Below are positions 37,321 through 50,108 of a stretch of 64,000 nt of DNA, in pieces. The stretch is from assembly GCA_013265495.1 (NCBI GenBank), contig MU057951.1, forward strand, positions 31,118 through 95,117. Reading direction: 5' to 3'. Both the position numbers and the translations under genes were made by a program. The first letter of the stretch is position 1. Each line of letters starts with the position of its first letter. Source of the DNA: Vicugna vicugna (Eukaryota). The notes below the pieces were generated by a model that saw only the letters and a program-made list of their open reading frames with translations, ran no database searches and was not told the origin of the DNA.

Positions 37321-40300
37321 ATCTTTCATTTTTATTTTAGTAATCAACAGTATTATAGCATATTCATGTTTGTCAAATATATTGTTTTTAATAGCTGTAA
37401 TAATAACAGGAAAATCCTAACACATTGTCAAAATAAATTTTCTAAAATGTATCTTTTATTCATACACATTTAAAAAAACCTTATTTTTAGGGCAGCTTAG
37501 GTTCACAACAAAATTTAGAGGAAGTTACAGAAATTTCCCATGTAAACCATGCCCTCATGCATACATAGGCTGTCAACACACTCTCTCAGTTGTTACAAGT
37601 GTTACAGTTGATGAGCTTACATGAAAACATTCTAGTCACCAAAAGACCATAGTTTATTCTTGTACATTTTATGGGGTTGGACAAATACATACTGACATGT
37701 ATCCAACATTATAGCATCACACAGAGTATTTAACCTGTCCTAAAAATCCTCTATGGACTGGCTATCATCTACTTTCCAAACAACTAGTGCTATTTTTACT
37801 GTCTCAATAGTTTTGCCTTTTCCATGCAGATGTATAATTGGAATCATAATACACAGCATTTTTTAATTGAGATCTTTCTCTGAAAACATTATTGATCAAG
37901 AATCATGTTTTATGGTTTGAATGACTTTTTGTCCCTCAATGGCAAGAAGAAATTTTCCTGTATGTAGTGTCTCATGTTGGAAAGAAAATGCACATTTTGA
38001 AAATCTATTAAGGTCTCATTTGATTAACAAATAGAGGTAGGAGGGAGAGCTCTCAGGTACTTTTTATCTAAGTTCCATACCTTATCAAGATCATAGATAT
38101 TGGATATCAATTGAAAGACTGTATCTTCATCAAAGGTTTGGCAGACAAACTTTCAACAGGCCTGGTCTAACTATCTTGGGGAAGTTCTTTCATCAGATGT
38201 CATCTGTATCAACTCTGTGAAATACTTATTTTCAGATCACCAGATGGCATACAGTTCTAGTCAGCGTTCAGTTCTTTCTTTAGGTATGCCACATAAATCT
38301 AAGAGTCCATTTCCCAGAATTTGGTCCCATAAGTGTTGGTTAGCAGTACCTGATAGGGGCCTAAGCAGTGAGATTGAAGAACATTCTTCTGGAGGTGTAT
38401 TTTTCAATAGATGAAATACCCAGGTTGCAATATGTGATGCTTAAGGTCTTTATCTCCCAAGAGTTCACTGTGATAATATTATTCTACCAAAACCTTATAT
38501 TTAATAGAAGCAATTAGGACTTTGCAATATTAGAAACACTTATTTCCACTAAAAATGAAGAAACTATGTTGCTTCCACAACATTCCAAAATCATGAGAGT
38601 CTCTGAAATTATATTTAATATCAGTAAAAATGTTGTCAGTTTTTTCCTTGGTGAAAGTATAAGCCCATATGACAGTGTATAATCCATTCTGTTGGGCTAA
38701 ATAGCCATAGGTGAAAGTGCTGCTTCAATAGCACCAAAAAAAAAAAAAGTTCAGTAGCACACCCAGAACAATATTTGCTATTGTCACCTTTTAAAATATA
38801 ACCATCAGTGATCCATGAGAAATAAATGCTACCAAATGAAATTTCCTGTAGATCATCATGATGGGACAAGAGGTGGCCTATTAGCATTAAGCAGCCATGA
38901 AGGAGTTTTCCTGTGACAGAAAGGAGAAGAATAGCTGGGTTAAGATTATTAAAATGCAAAAGAGTTAAGTGAGAAGCCATTAACAAAAGGCCTTCATGGG
39001 AGGTGAAGCAGTTTACAGAAATGTTGAGTGTTGAGAATTCAGGGGAGCTTCTAACTCATGAGGTACAAAAATGATTAAAGGAGATCCTACAAGGTTTTTT
39101 TCAGTGGACTTAACCAAAAAGGCAGTGGCTGTAATGGCTCAATTCAATGGGGGTATCCTCACACCACAGTGTCCAGTTGCTGGCTATAGTAACCTGTGGG
39201 TCAGTTGTGGTTTTGGGAAAAGTATCTCAAAGACATTTCCTTCCACTTCATATACAAAAAAGAAAAAGAAAATCTGATAATTGATATGCCCAAGGACAAA
39301 TGTGTTCATCAAATTCTCCTTTAAGGTCTTAAAGTCTATATCATCTGGTTCTTCCCATAAAATTGAGTTGGGATTGTTATTGTGAAGTAAAACATACAGA
39401 GATTTGGAAATAAGAGAGAAATTTGGAATCCAGTTTTGTAAATAACCAACTAACCCAAGAAAACCTAACAGTTGGTACTCATTTTGTGTTTTGGGAAACA
39501 TGATGATGTCTATCTGTATCTACATGTAGCCTTTGTTCTGATATAAGATACCCTAAATATCCAACCTGGATTTGGGAAAACTATAAGTTTTCTTTGGTGA
39601 CTATATGTTTCTTTAAGGATTTAGCAAGTGGATTGCTGTATTCCTGTGAGAAGTCTTGAGAAGGAGAGCAAAGAAACAAATCATCCACATATTGCAGCAA
39701 AGTAGAACCTCCTGGGAACTTCATATCATCTAGATCAGCCTTCAGGATTTACAAGATATAAGAGTGTCTCAGTATAACTCTGAGGCATTGCTGTCCAGGT
39801 GAACTTTTTTTTTCCCAAGTGAAGGCAAAAAGTTATTGGCTAATTCCAAGTGGAATAGTAAGGAATGCACTGCAAAGTCAATTGCAGTAATGAATTTGCT
39901 TCCAGTGGGAAAGGATGTTAGTAATGTGTGAGTGTTAAGAATGGGGTGTTTAGGGATAATGGTGTTATTTATTGCATGGAGGTCCTGCACAAAACTCCAA
40001 CTTCAGCCATTTAGATTTCTCACTGATAAAATGGGAGTGTTACAGAGGCTAGTGCAGGAAACAATGAGGCCTTGAGCCTTGTAATCTTCTATTATTGGCT
40101 TTATGCCTTGAAGGATTCTGTTACTTATATGGTATTAGTTAATTTTAGGAAAAGATTTTGAGGGATCTATTTGAATTTTGATGGGAGGTGCACTATGAAT
40201 TCTGCCAACATCAGTTGGAGATTTTGCTCAAGGAAAGTGATAGCTGATTCAAAAGGGGCAAATCATCAGTGTTTCCAGAATCAGCTCTAGTGCCATCAGA

Positions 40301-40889
40301 GAAGAACAAATAAAATATATCAAAGAGTCATTTAATTCACCTGTTGGATCACTTTGATGACTACTGTCAAATTCTAGAACTATTTCTCCTTTTAGGAGAA
40401 AGAAATCCTGGCATAGAACTTCTTTAAAAAGTCTCAGTCTAATAAATGGGTAGAGGCAGAGAAACTAAGGAGAAAGAATGTGCATTTCTTAAAAAGCCTA
40501 AACAAAAGGGAATAAATTCAGAGACAGGAACTTCTTGAGATTCATTAGAGATCCTCATTATTTGAAGTGTTTTGGTACTCCATGGCAGGGGCTGTTTTAT
40601 AATAGTGGCATTGAGCACCAAGGATGTAGTTCCAGTGTCAGTCAGGATTGGAAAAGACACATCCACAATCTGGAGAAATGTTTCTCCAAGCCAATTAGAG
40701 GCAGAATTGGGAATAGCCCCTTTAGTTCTTCAAAACCTTGTATTGAGAATTGGGAGGAAGTTGGAAAGTTTAGTTACAGGGCAGATGGCACCTAAAGCAA
40801 TTAAATTTATAATAATTTGTTTTCCAATGCCTTGGTTATTTGCAGTGATAGTAGAAATTAGAAGGGCTTTGGTTTTATTTAGGAGCCTT

Positions 40890-41220
40890 TGTTTTGCAAG
40901 TGCTCAAGGCCTGGTGGGTTCACTCAGTATTTGGGCAGACTAAAGAACATTCTTGAAAGCATAGGTATCTCTGATATACCTTTATTGTGGAGGAGTACAC
41001 AAGAGATAATGGTGGAGGCACAAAAATTCTGTCTTATATATCAAAGCAAACAAAGCTGGCATCTAGCCAGCTATTACCTAGGAGCTAACTAGTGCACTTG
41101 TGTAGTGCAAATCATGCTTATCTAATACTGCATGGGTACTGTACATGTGGGATAGCATAGCTGAGTCACTGGGCACTGGATATGTGGTGAGGAAGCCTGG
41201 ATAACTCCATTTTTCATTCA
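40890..41220 (-). repeat. 3' LTR of the HERV-S-like provirus
   Basis: Direct repeat of 46357-46692 with TG...CA ends; purine-rich tract adjacent on the minus strand (41221-41232). Confidence 0.9.
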
Positions 41221-41345
41221 CTTTATCCCTTCAGGGTCACTTGCTGCACAATCTACATGTTGTTTTCCACAAAAGTCCCTTGGCAAGGAAGGTAGATCTC
41301 TGCATCATAATCCACAGCAACAATAGAGACTGCAATAGCAAGCCA

Positions 41346-41597
41346 CTAATATACAAGCAGATCCCCCGCATCCCAAATGGCTATTCCCAAGCACCATTCA
41401 GAGGTCAGTGATCCCCATTCCTGTAGGGGGTCTCCAGTCTGATATTCAATAGCTGTCATCTCTTTTCCCAAGGCTGTTAGAGCCTGGCTGACATTATGAT
41501 GAACATCTGGAACATAAACATAGCAATCAGATCCTACAAGGGCACACATCCTGCCCTCTGAGGCTGTCAAAATATCAAGTGCCATACAGTTTTGCAA
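41346..41597 (-). pseudogene. env: Retroviral env TM remnant (gamma-type ISD and CX6CC-like motif)
   Basis: LQNCMALDILTASEGRMCALVGSDCYVYVPD corresponds to the LQNRxALDxL...CX6CC pattern, with decay. Confidence 0.88.
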
Positions 41598-44500
41598 AGC
41601 TAGCTTTCACAGCTGATAACACAGTGGCTAGGAGCAGCAGGTTTCCCTGACAGGTATACCACACACTCATAGCCAAAAGAGAGGTTTCTGCAGGTTCAAT
41701 ATGCAGTAACAGAGGAAAGCTCATAATAGGTGACATAGCCAACACAAAAGTCCCTTTTAGTATAGTGGCTTGGTTTGCCACCCTTGGGTAGGTTACCTGT
41801 ACCTTGGGAGGCCATTGTACTGTAACCCATGGGGTTACTTATAAATTAGCTTCTAGTCTAGGCCCTCATGGTGATATAAGGGCTACCCAGCACATGTGGG
41901 GGGCCTGAATAGTCCAAGGCCAAGTCCACATTAGGGTCTGCTCCTTCTCAAGTCCGGTCTGCACTGGCAGCAATATATTATCTTGTCATCCAAATTCAAG
42001 TTTCAGCAAAATATCCTTCATCTGGACTTGGACCTGTATGGGTGCAGCAGCATGATGGAGCAATGCCTCTACTGGAGCTAGGCCACTATGTCAGCTACAT
42101 TCATTAAGGGTTTGCAGGACATCCCATAACATTCTAGTCCATCCCACCAAAGTTGGTGTTGTTGCACTAGCTCACAGTCCTTGCTCCAATAGGCCATTGT
42201 ATAGTTCTATAATACCTGCGGCCTTTGGGTTGTAAGGGACATGAAACCTCTATTCAATATTCATGTCCTATGTCCATTTCTGTATTTATGGCTTCAGTGG
42301 AATGAGTTCCCTGGTCACTGGCCACTTTTAACCTCTAGAGGGCATTCATATGCCACAGAGAGGAGTACCAGTGCTTGCAACATAGCCCTCTGATCTAGAT
42401 GTCAAGCTGGATAGGCCAACAGTCCTGTAGCAGTATCTACACAAGTGATGGCATACCAATAGCCTCCAGAGCAGGGTATTGAGCCAATAATATCCACTTA
42501 CCAGTGAGCTAGGTGGATCTTCCCCCTCAAATTTGGCCTGTGGTGCCTGGGGGTCACCTGGGGTGCTCTTTAGAGCACATCACATATTGGTCACAGGCAT
42601 TTTGCACCCCTGCCAAAGTCTCTGGCAGTCCCCAGCCACACACAGTGACCCACATTGTCTTTTGCCCCTCATATAATAAGTGTCAATGCAGCCAATGTGC
42701 TACATCTCTTCTGGGAGCTCTATGTCCTGAGGCAGTCTCTAGCCACCAGACATTTGCCAAGGTATTGGCCTCATCATTCCCCAGTGAGGCCAAAGGTGCA
42801 TGTACAGTCACATGGAACATTGTCACCTGCTTTTGATGACCTAACTCCCATAGGTCCTGACACAAGTCTTGGCCCCACAAGAGCCTATGCATTACTGACC
42901 ATTTATTCAAATGCCAACTAGAAATCCATAGGGTCAGTCATCTGTAGACTGCCCAGCTATCAGTGCAGACAGCAATGGGTGATGGTTCATTGGCTACAAC
43001 TAACCATATCACATATAGCTCTGCCCATTGACTGCTCTGGCCAGTCCCAGTATCATACCAAATGGTATCAGACTCAGTCTGGAATGCAACTGCCATCCAA
43101 GTCGGGGGCTGCCCTCAACTTGAGCCCTCCATGTACCATGCATCTGCCAGCATGGGAGCCCTACCTTCTCAATAGGGACTAGCTTCCAGCTCAATCTCCA
43201 AAGGGGACTCAGTGACGGGCATGTTATCCACATAAGTCATCGGCCCCAGGATCTCCTGCTGTTCTGCATGCAAAGGGCTAGTGGAAAGTAAGTATGCCTC
43301 CCTCATTTTGCCAGTGTAAGCATTTGGACTGTCCCACTTTGGAGCTTTGAGGTCCACTGTCTTACCAAACCCACTAAGGGGTAGATGGTGCAAACTGTCA
43401 TCGGCGTTGTGCCAGTTATATTCTCAGTAGCCAGCAATGCCGCATATACAGCACCAATTGTTTCTCCATGAAGGAGTACCAGCTTTCTGCTCCCTTCCAT
43501 AGTTGGGGCCAAAATGAAAATACTATGAATGTTGCCACAGACCCTAGCCAAATCCTTCAGGAGCAACAAACACCTCTAATTCTCAGGGCCAGGCAGGAAA
43601 AAAAAATGTAAGGCTTGAGCCACCTTAATTATTCTCTTGGCATCAGCAAAGGCTCGTTCTGCCTCTAAGATCCAATACCAGGTGGCTCCCTTGTGCACCA
43701 GGGCATGCAAAGGCCATATCAACTGATCTAAGTGGGGGGCAAAAGTTCTCCAGTACCCCAATAAACCCAGAAAGGTTTGCAACTGTTTTACTGTAGTTGG
43801 GGTAGGAGAGGTCGGTATCTTATCAATAACTGCATCAAGAATAACTTTAGTCTTACCCGACCATATAACCCACAATGATTTGACAGACAATCCAGGCCCT
43901 TGCAGCTTGCTCTTGTTGAGTGCCCAGCCACATGCTTTCAGCTGTGCCAACAGGAGGGGGACAGCCTTCTCCAAATCTGCAAGAGAATCACTGGTTAACA
44001 AAACATCATCAATATAATGGTACATGGGCACTGTAGGTGACTGTTCCCACTGGTCTAGGTCAGAGACTACCAAACCATGGCATGATGTAGGGCTATGCAA
44101 ATATCCCTAGGGTAAGACTGTAAACATCCACTGTCATCCTTCTCAGATGAAGGCAAATTAATTTTGACTCTCAGGGGTGATGTCAATTGAGAAGAAAGCA
44201 TTTGCAAGATCTGCCACAAAGTGGTATCTGCCCAGCTCATGGCTTAGCTGATCCATCAATTTGACCATTGAGGGCACTGCATCGTGCAGTGGAGGGAGCA
44301 CCTTATTTAATGCTCGGTAGTCCACAGTCATTCTCCAAGTACCATCAGGCTTATGAATTGGTCATACAGGAGAATTAAATGAACAAAGGGCAGGCTGTAT
44401 AATACCCACCTTTTCTAATTCTGCAATAGTGCCTGTAATTTCATCATGTCCTTTTGGCAATCTGTATTGCTTGGTATTAGTGACCTGCTGGGGAACAGGC

Positions 44501-46336
44501 AACTGTACTGGAGGGTGTTTTGCATGCCCACCTTCACCACCAACACTCACAGGAGGAACTCACAGGTGGTTGTCTATAGCCACAGGTCTTGGAGCACATC
44601 TATGTCCAGTATCTATTCTGATACTGGGGACACATAAACTTTATATTTTATATTCAAAGTGGCAATTGTATAGATTTCATCCAGATACTCCCCTCCTTAG
44701 GCATCTATATATGACTCCAGCCCTTTAACTTTATCTGGGTTGTCATGTAACAGGGTGCATTCATCCCCCATGCTCATTAAGGACAACATCCTCTGCACAT
44801 TTGTCAAGGATCAGTAAATAGTAAGCTCTACATATGGCCTCTGGTCCCCATCTGCCTCCTGTATATGGGTTCATCAGTCCTCATCCTATTCAAAGGCAAA
44901 CAATGCATCTCCTCCCTTGGATACCACCTGGGGTAGCATGTAGTCCTCAAGGTGCACAGATCTGGTCTCCTGGGACTTCTTTGTGTTATTTTCAGGGGCA
45001 TTATTTCTCAAGGGAGTGTACCTCTGATCCTCCCTCAACTGCTTCCATAACTCCAGCAAATGAGAGTTAGTTTTTCAGTATATCTTAGCTTGGTCTACCC
45101 TAGCTCCTACAGGTCTACCCACATCTGAGTATGAGTGACCTTGATGGGTTTTCAAGTCTTTTTTGCTAACTACCCCATTTGTCAGGTGATGGCCCATATG
45201 CCCTTCTGCTGGTGATGGCTTCCTGCCTCACCCAAACTTGCCACCATTGTGGTGACTTAATTAATCCTTCATCCCTTATATGGGGCCAATATAGCCATAA
45301 GGGACCTGAAGGATGGTGAGGGGGCATTTTGCAACACCAAATCCATCATCCCTGCTGTAAACTGCTCATCATTAGGGCCACATGTATCTAAATTTAACAT
45401 GTCTTGTCACATCCCCAGCTCCCAGAGCACTTGCACCATTTCCCAATATGACTGCCATTTACTTACAGTCTCAGGCACACCCCCCATGTTGGCCCACACT
45501 ATCAACACCACAGCCATCACCCAATCCAACAAGGAATGTTTGCCCTCACCATTGTGCCAGCTATTCTGTAGCCTTTGCTACAAAATGGATGCAGGGTCAC
45601 TGAGGCTAATTTCTCTATTTCCTGGGGACATATGTAATCCCATCCACCTCCAAATCCCACAGGCATAATAACCAGGCTGATGGTGGCTTCCCAGGCCTCT
45701 GGCAAAACTGCTCACCCGATTCCACCAGTTCAACCTGAATATATGGTTGGTACATTGTGAACTCAGTCATCTGCAGGGGCACCTGCCCTCTGGGACCATT
45801 GACTGCTGCTGCTTCATCTTCTGTGTTACAACTTGTAGGGCCTATAGTCATGACTTTTTTACTTCTTCTCCTTCAAAAGAGTGTACTATCATTGGTGGGG
45901 ACAAGGGAAGGCTCTACAGGGCCTATAAATCTTCTTCAAGTGCTCAAATGCAAGCTTCCAAACTTCCTCCCTTCCCCGCAACTCTCAAACCTTTGCTGCT
46001 TCTTGCAGAGTGGTTTCAGTCAAGGCCACCTCTTTATCCTGTAACTCCTAGCTTTCACTGCCTCTCGCAGCAAGATTTCAGTTTCAGCCCTCAGGACTAT
46101 GAGGAAAACCCATCCCACAGCCCTGGCCACCATGTGGGAACTCCACTCCTCTAGGGACTCCCCCACCTCCTGTAGGGCCTTTTCCATCTGGACAGGGAAC
46201 TCATCAAACTCCAGTCATTCCCAGGATTGTGCCCAAGCAGAAAGTAGGTTCACTACTGAGTACCACATACTTATTGGGGGCCATCACTCAAGTCTACCCC
46301 CAGGGGTTTAGAAGGGGCCATACTGGTCTGAGGCAA

Positions 46337-46354
46337 ATCCTGCTGACTATGTCA
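46337..46354 (-). promoter_or_regulatory. Primer binding site, tRNA-Ser type
   Basis: The minus strand reads tgacatagtcagcaggat; three G>A changes from TGGCGTAGTCGGCAGGAT. Confidence 0.85.
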
Positions 46355-46356
46355 TG

Positions 46357-46692
46357 TGTATTGCAAGTGCTCAAGGCCTAGCAGGTTCACTCAGGATTTG
46401 GGCAGACTGAAGAACATTCTTGGAATCATAGGTATCTCTGACATGCCTTTATTGTGGAGGAGTACACAGAAGATAATTACAGCAGCAGCAAAAAATCCCA
46501 TCTGTCTTATATATTAAAGCAAACAAAACTAGCATCTAGCTAACTATTACATAGGAGCTAACCAGTGCACTTGTATAGTGCAAATCATGCTCATATAACA
46601 ACTACATGGGTATTGCACACGTGGGATATCAGCTAAGTCATTGGACACTGGATGCCCAGTGAGTGAGTCTGAATAATTTCATTTTCCCTACA
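46357..46692 (-). repeat. 5' LTR of the HERV-S-like provirus
   Basis: Direct repeat of 40890-41220, with the PBS immediately internal. Confidence 0.9.
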
Positions 46693-47789
46693 GAATTCAC
46701 TTGCTGTAGTTGAAAATTATGAATTTTGGCAGTCTTCCTTTGAGGCGACTCATCAGGAGCACAAGAGATCTAGTTTGCTAGGTTAATTAAATCTGGAATG
46801 GACATAGTTTCCCATTTCACCCTGGTCCATTTTACTAGAAAGAAAAGGCCTCATTTATCCCATTAATAAACATAGAGTTAAAAGCTACCCAGGTGGAATC
46901 AACACCTGAAGGACCAGAATTTTCTTTAAAAACATTTTTTAAAAGAAAAAAATTAATTTTGTAAAAAAAAAGTCTGAGGTTGATTGTAATATTTATAAAC
47001 TGGTTTGTCAGATTTTTATGTGAAAGTCTGAATTTTGTTCCAAGCAACAGGCTTTGGAAAAGCCTTAGGAATTACTCTATGAAGCCACCTAGTGATTGTT
47101 TAAGCTTGCTCATATAATATGTTAGCAAGGTGATTTCCTGGTTGCAATTTTATAGACCTTTCAAGATTTTCCCAATTAGCAGTTTTCATCCAATGTTGGA
47201 CATGGCCTTCACCAATCAGCGTATTAACTAGCTGAAATAAGTCAGAGAAACCAGACTGATAAATTTGAATGACTACATTAAATTCCTCAGCAAAACTGTG
47301 AGAATATTTGGTTACTTTTGGAAAATCATTAATTGTGGCTCACAGTTCAGCTTTAGTCCAAGGAATATAAGAAATTAAGTTCTTAGACTCTGGATCCTTG
47401 GGAGGCTTAATTTTTAAAGGAATAGGTTCAGATGAAAGTGAGGAAAGTCTCTAAGGGAAAGGGAAATTTGGAAAGAGACTTATTTTGGGAAAACTGAGGG
47501 TATAGAGAAGGTGGAGGTGGAGTCTGAACATGAGGAGACCAGGGAGAAAGACAAGATGGCACAACAGGCAGAGTCTAAGACCAGAAAAAAAAAGCCAAGA
47601 AAGAAGAATCTGAGGCTTCAGGAGCCATTTTATCTTTCTTTAATAATTTGTTTGCCTCAGCTTATCTAAAACCCACTTTTGCAGAGAGGCGATTTTATGT
47701 TCCTGATAATATTTGGAAGCCTCATAGTAGCAGTCAAAATAAGCATTCCATTCAGGTCTGAAAAATTTTAAAGTATTGTAATTCAATTC

Positions 47790-48077
47790 AGGTTTAAGGA
47801 CTTTGAATATATCATGCCTCCCCCTTTTGGTCTACAAAGTCTCCGCAGAGAAATCAGCTGACAGCCTTATGGGATGTTCCTTGTAAATGACTCCTTGTTT
47901 TTTTCTTGCTGCCTTTAGAATTGTCTCTCTAACTTTCAACATTTTAATTATGATTTGTATTAGTATGGGTCTACTTGGGTTCATCTTGTTTATGACCCTC
48001 TGACTTTCTTGTACTTGGATATCTGTTTTCTTCTTCAGGATTGGAAACCTTTCAGTCATAATTTCATCAAATACATT
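47790..48077 (-). mobile_element. Internal L1 ORF1 fragment inserted in ERV1 gag
   Basis: ORF 47832-48059 (DIQVQESQR...PIRLSADFSAETL) is L1 ORF1p; ERV gag sequence lies on both sides. Confidence 0.85.
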
Positions 48078-48825
48078 AAGTTTGGGAATTTCAAGTTTCC
48101 CATGGTCATTGATACCCTAAATTGCCTTTGTTCAGATTTGTCCACTTAGTTAGAAATGCACATGAGGAAGGAATTTGTTTTTGAATGTTAAGTATGATGG
48201 AGTATTTGTAGAGGAGGCACCCTCAAAATATTTAGATATCCATTTCTGAGAGAATTTTCTCTAGAGTAGAGGAACAATTTTTCCAACAGCTTAAACAGTT
48301 TATAGGACAAACAGCTCAATTCAAACTGCTTGCAACTCAAATATCTTGCAGGCCTAACAGCAAGTTAAGAGGAAACAACTTATTCCCAGAAGGACCAGGC
48401 CAAAGTTACTCAACTAGTTTCCATAGGACAACCCCTATTCTAGAGAAAATGTTCAACAGCTGAACTAGCAGTTTCAGTAAAGCAGCCCCTGTTTCCAAAG
48501 AAATGAGCTTAAGGTGTCTCAACCAACTTCAGCTGAAACAGTCTAATCACAAAATCAGACAGAAGTGACAAATGAGTACTAGCATACAGAACAAGGCCTT
48601 AACCAAAAAGATAAAACATTAAAATAGGGCCCAATTAAAGCCTAGTGAACTTCAAACACAAAGAGAATGTGAGCTTTTATTCAGGAAAAGAACATACCTT
48701 CAAATTCCAGGATTGGTGTGAAAAGTAATGGGCTCAACGGTCTCAACTGTGGGTACTGCACCTATTTACTCATCAGCCCTGGAGTCTTTGGGGTTCTTCT
48801 CTGGTCCTACTATTAGCCACCAAAA

Positions 48826-49156
48826 TGTTGACCTAAAACAAATAGACTGGCAGCTATTTATCTAGCAAAGATAGACTTGTTCAAGATTATCCAAGAATTG
48901 CAATTCAGGGTCTATGACCATGGTGAACCACATACAAGTCTCCCACAAAAATGAAGCTGGGATTTTTTTTTTTGAGAGAGAGAGAGAGAGAGAAAGGAAG
49001 TTGGGAAGTCTATAATAAGTAGTCCATGACTTTTCATTGGCTGAGTTGTTGCCAAGAAAGAAGATGGTTTCTTCTTCCTGTTGGGCTCTCCTATTTTCAC
49101 AAGGCTTGAGAGTGCCTCCTTTTGGTCTCCAGACACTATTTTAATTGAGGTTTCTA
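48826..49156 (-). repeat. 5' LTR of the ERV1 provirus
   Basis: TG/CA end at 48826, adjacent PBS-like site, and CCAAT-like box (agccaatg on the minus strand near 49040). Confidence 0.75.
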
Positions 49157-50050
49157 TTTATTAATTTTTTCACAGCTTGATAGCTCATTTATTTTTGGTG
49201 CTGAATAACATTTCATCATCTGGATGTACCACAGAGTATTTATCCATTCACCTACTGAAGGACATCTGGTTGCTTCCCAGTTTTGGCAATTATGAATAAA
49301 GCTGTTATAAATATTCATGTGCAGGTTTTTACATAGACATAAATTTTCAACTCTTTTGGGTAAATACCAAGGAGCATGACTGCTGGATTGTATGGTTAGA
49401 CTATGGTTACTTTTGTCTAAAAAAAGCAGCAAACTATCTTGCAAAGTGACTACCATTTTGCATTCCCACCAGCAATGGATGGGAGTTCTTGTTGCTCCAT
49501 ATCCTCTCTAGCATTTGATGTTGTCAATGTTGTAGATTTTGGCCATTCTAATAGGTGTGTAGTGGTATCTCATTATTGTTTTAACTTGCATTTCCTTGAT
49601 GAGATATGGTGTGGAACATCTTTTCATGTGCTTATTTGCCATCTGTATATCTTTTTTGGTGAGGTAACTGTTCAGATCTTTTACTCACTTTTTAATGGGT
49701 TTTTTTCTTAGTATTGAGTTTTAATAGTTCTATTTATATGTTGAGTAACACTCCCTGTTCATATGTGTCTTTTGCAAATATTTCCCAAATTTGTGACTTG
49801 TCATCTCATTTAATTGACATTGCTTATCACAGAGCAGTTTTTAATTTTAGTGGAGTAGAGCTTATCAATATTGCTCCCATGGATTTGTGTTCTATCTAAA
49901 AATCTATCACCTACCCAGGCCATTTAGATTTTCTCCTAATTTCCAGAAGTTTTGAAGTTTTTCATTTTATGTTCATATCTGTGATCCATTTTACACTAAT
50001 TTTTGTGAAGAGAGGGAGGTCAGTGTCTAGGTTTATTTATTTGTTGATTT

Positions 50051-50055
50051 ATCTG

Positions 50056-50108
<53 letters not shown>
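50051..50108. repeat. (TATC)n tetranucleotide microsatellite
   Basis: Read directly. Confidence 0.95.

Larger units (their letters stand above)
40890..46692 (-). mobile_element. Class III HERV-S-like provirus with both LTRs, gag-pro-pol and partial env, inserted in gag of the ERV1
   Basis: Paired LTRs 40890-41220 and 46357-46692. PBS tgacatagtcagcaggat is a 15/18 match to the tRNA-Ser PBS TGGCGTAGTCGGCAGGAT. RT fragments 44362-44550 (QYRLP..FNSPV) and 43576-44100 (YIDD). Integrase relics VDTATG, SDQGTH and GIIELYNGLL (42180-42500). Env TM relic 41346-41597. Confidence 0.92.
37880..49156 (-). mobile_element. Decayed class I (gamma-like, ERV1) provirus: 5' LTR, leader, gag, pro and pol; env and 3' LTR absent
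   Basis: LTR 48826-49156 ends ...ggtcaaca on the minus strand, followed by a tggtggc-starting PBS-like site (about 48805-48822). Gag zinc-knuckle relic YHCK*PRHW (about 40845), protease ILTDTGTT (40439-40666), RT QDLHAIN and QYVDDL (about 39690), FLGLVGY..WIPNFS, and RNase H WITDG (38636-38986). Confidence 0.88.

Noticed and set aside
37858..37880. Remnant of the ERV1 3' LTR (ttttaattgag similar to 49140-49151)
   Set aside because: Explained equally well by the host L1MC 3' UTR; too short and low-complexity.
41346..41597. Domesticated syncytin-like env
   Set aside because: Only 83 codons, no SU or signal peptide, with mutated ISD and CX6CC.
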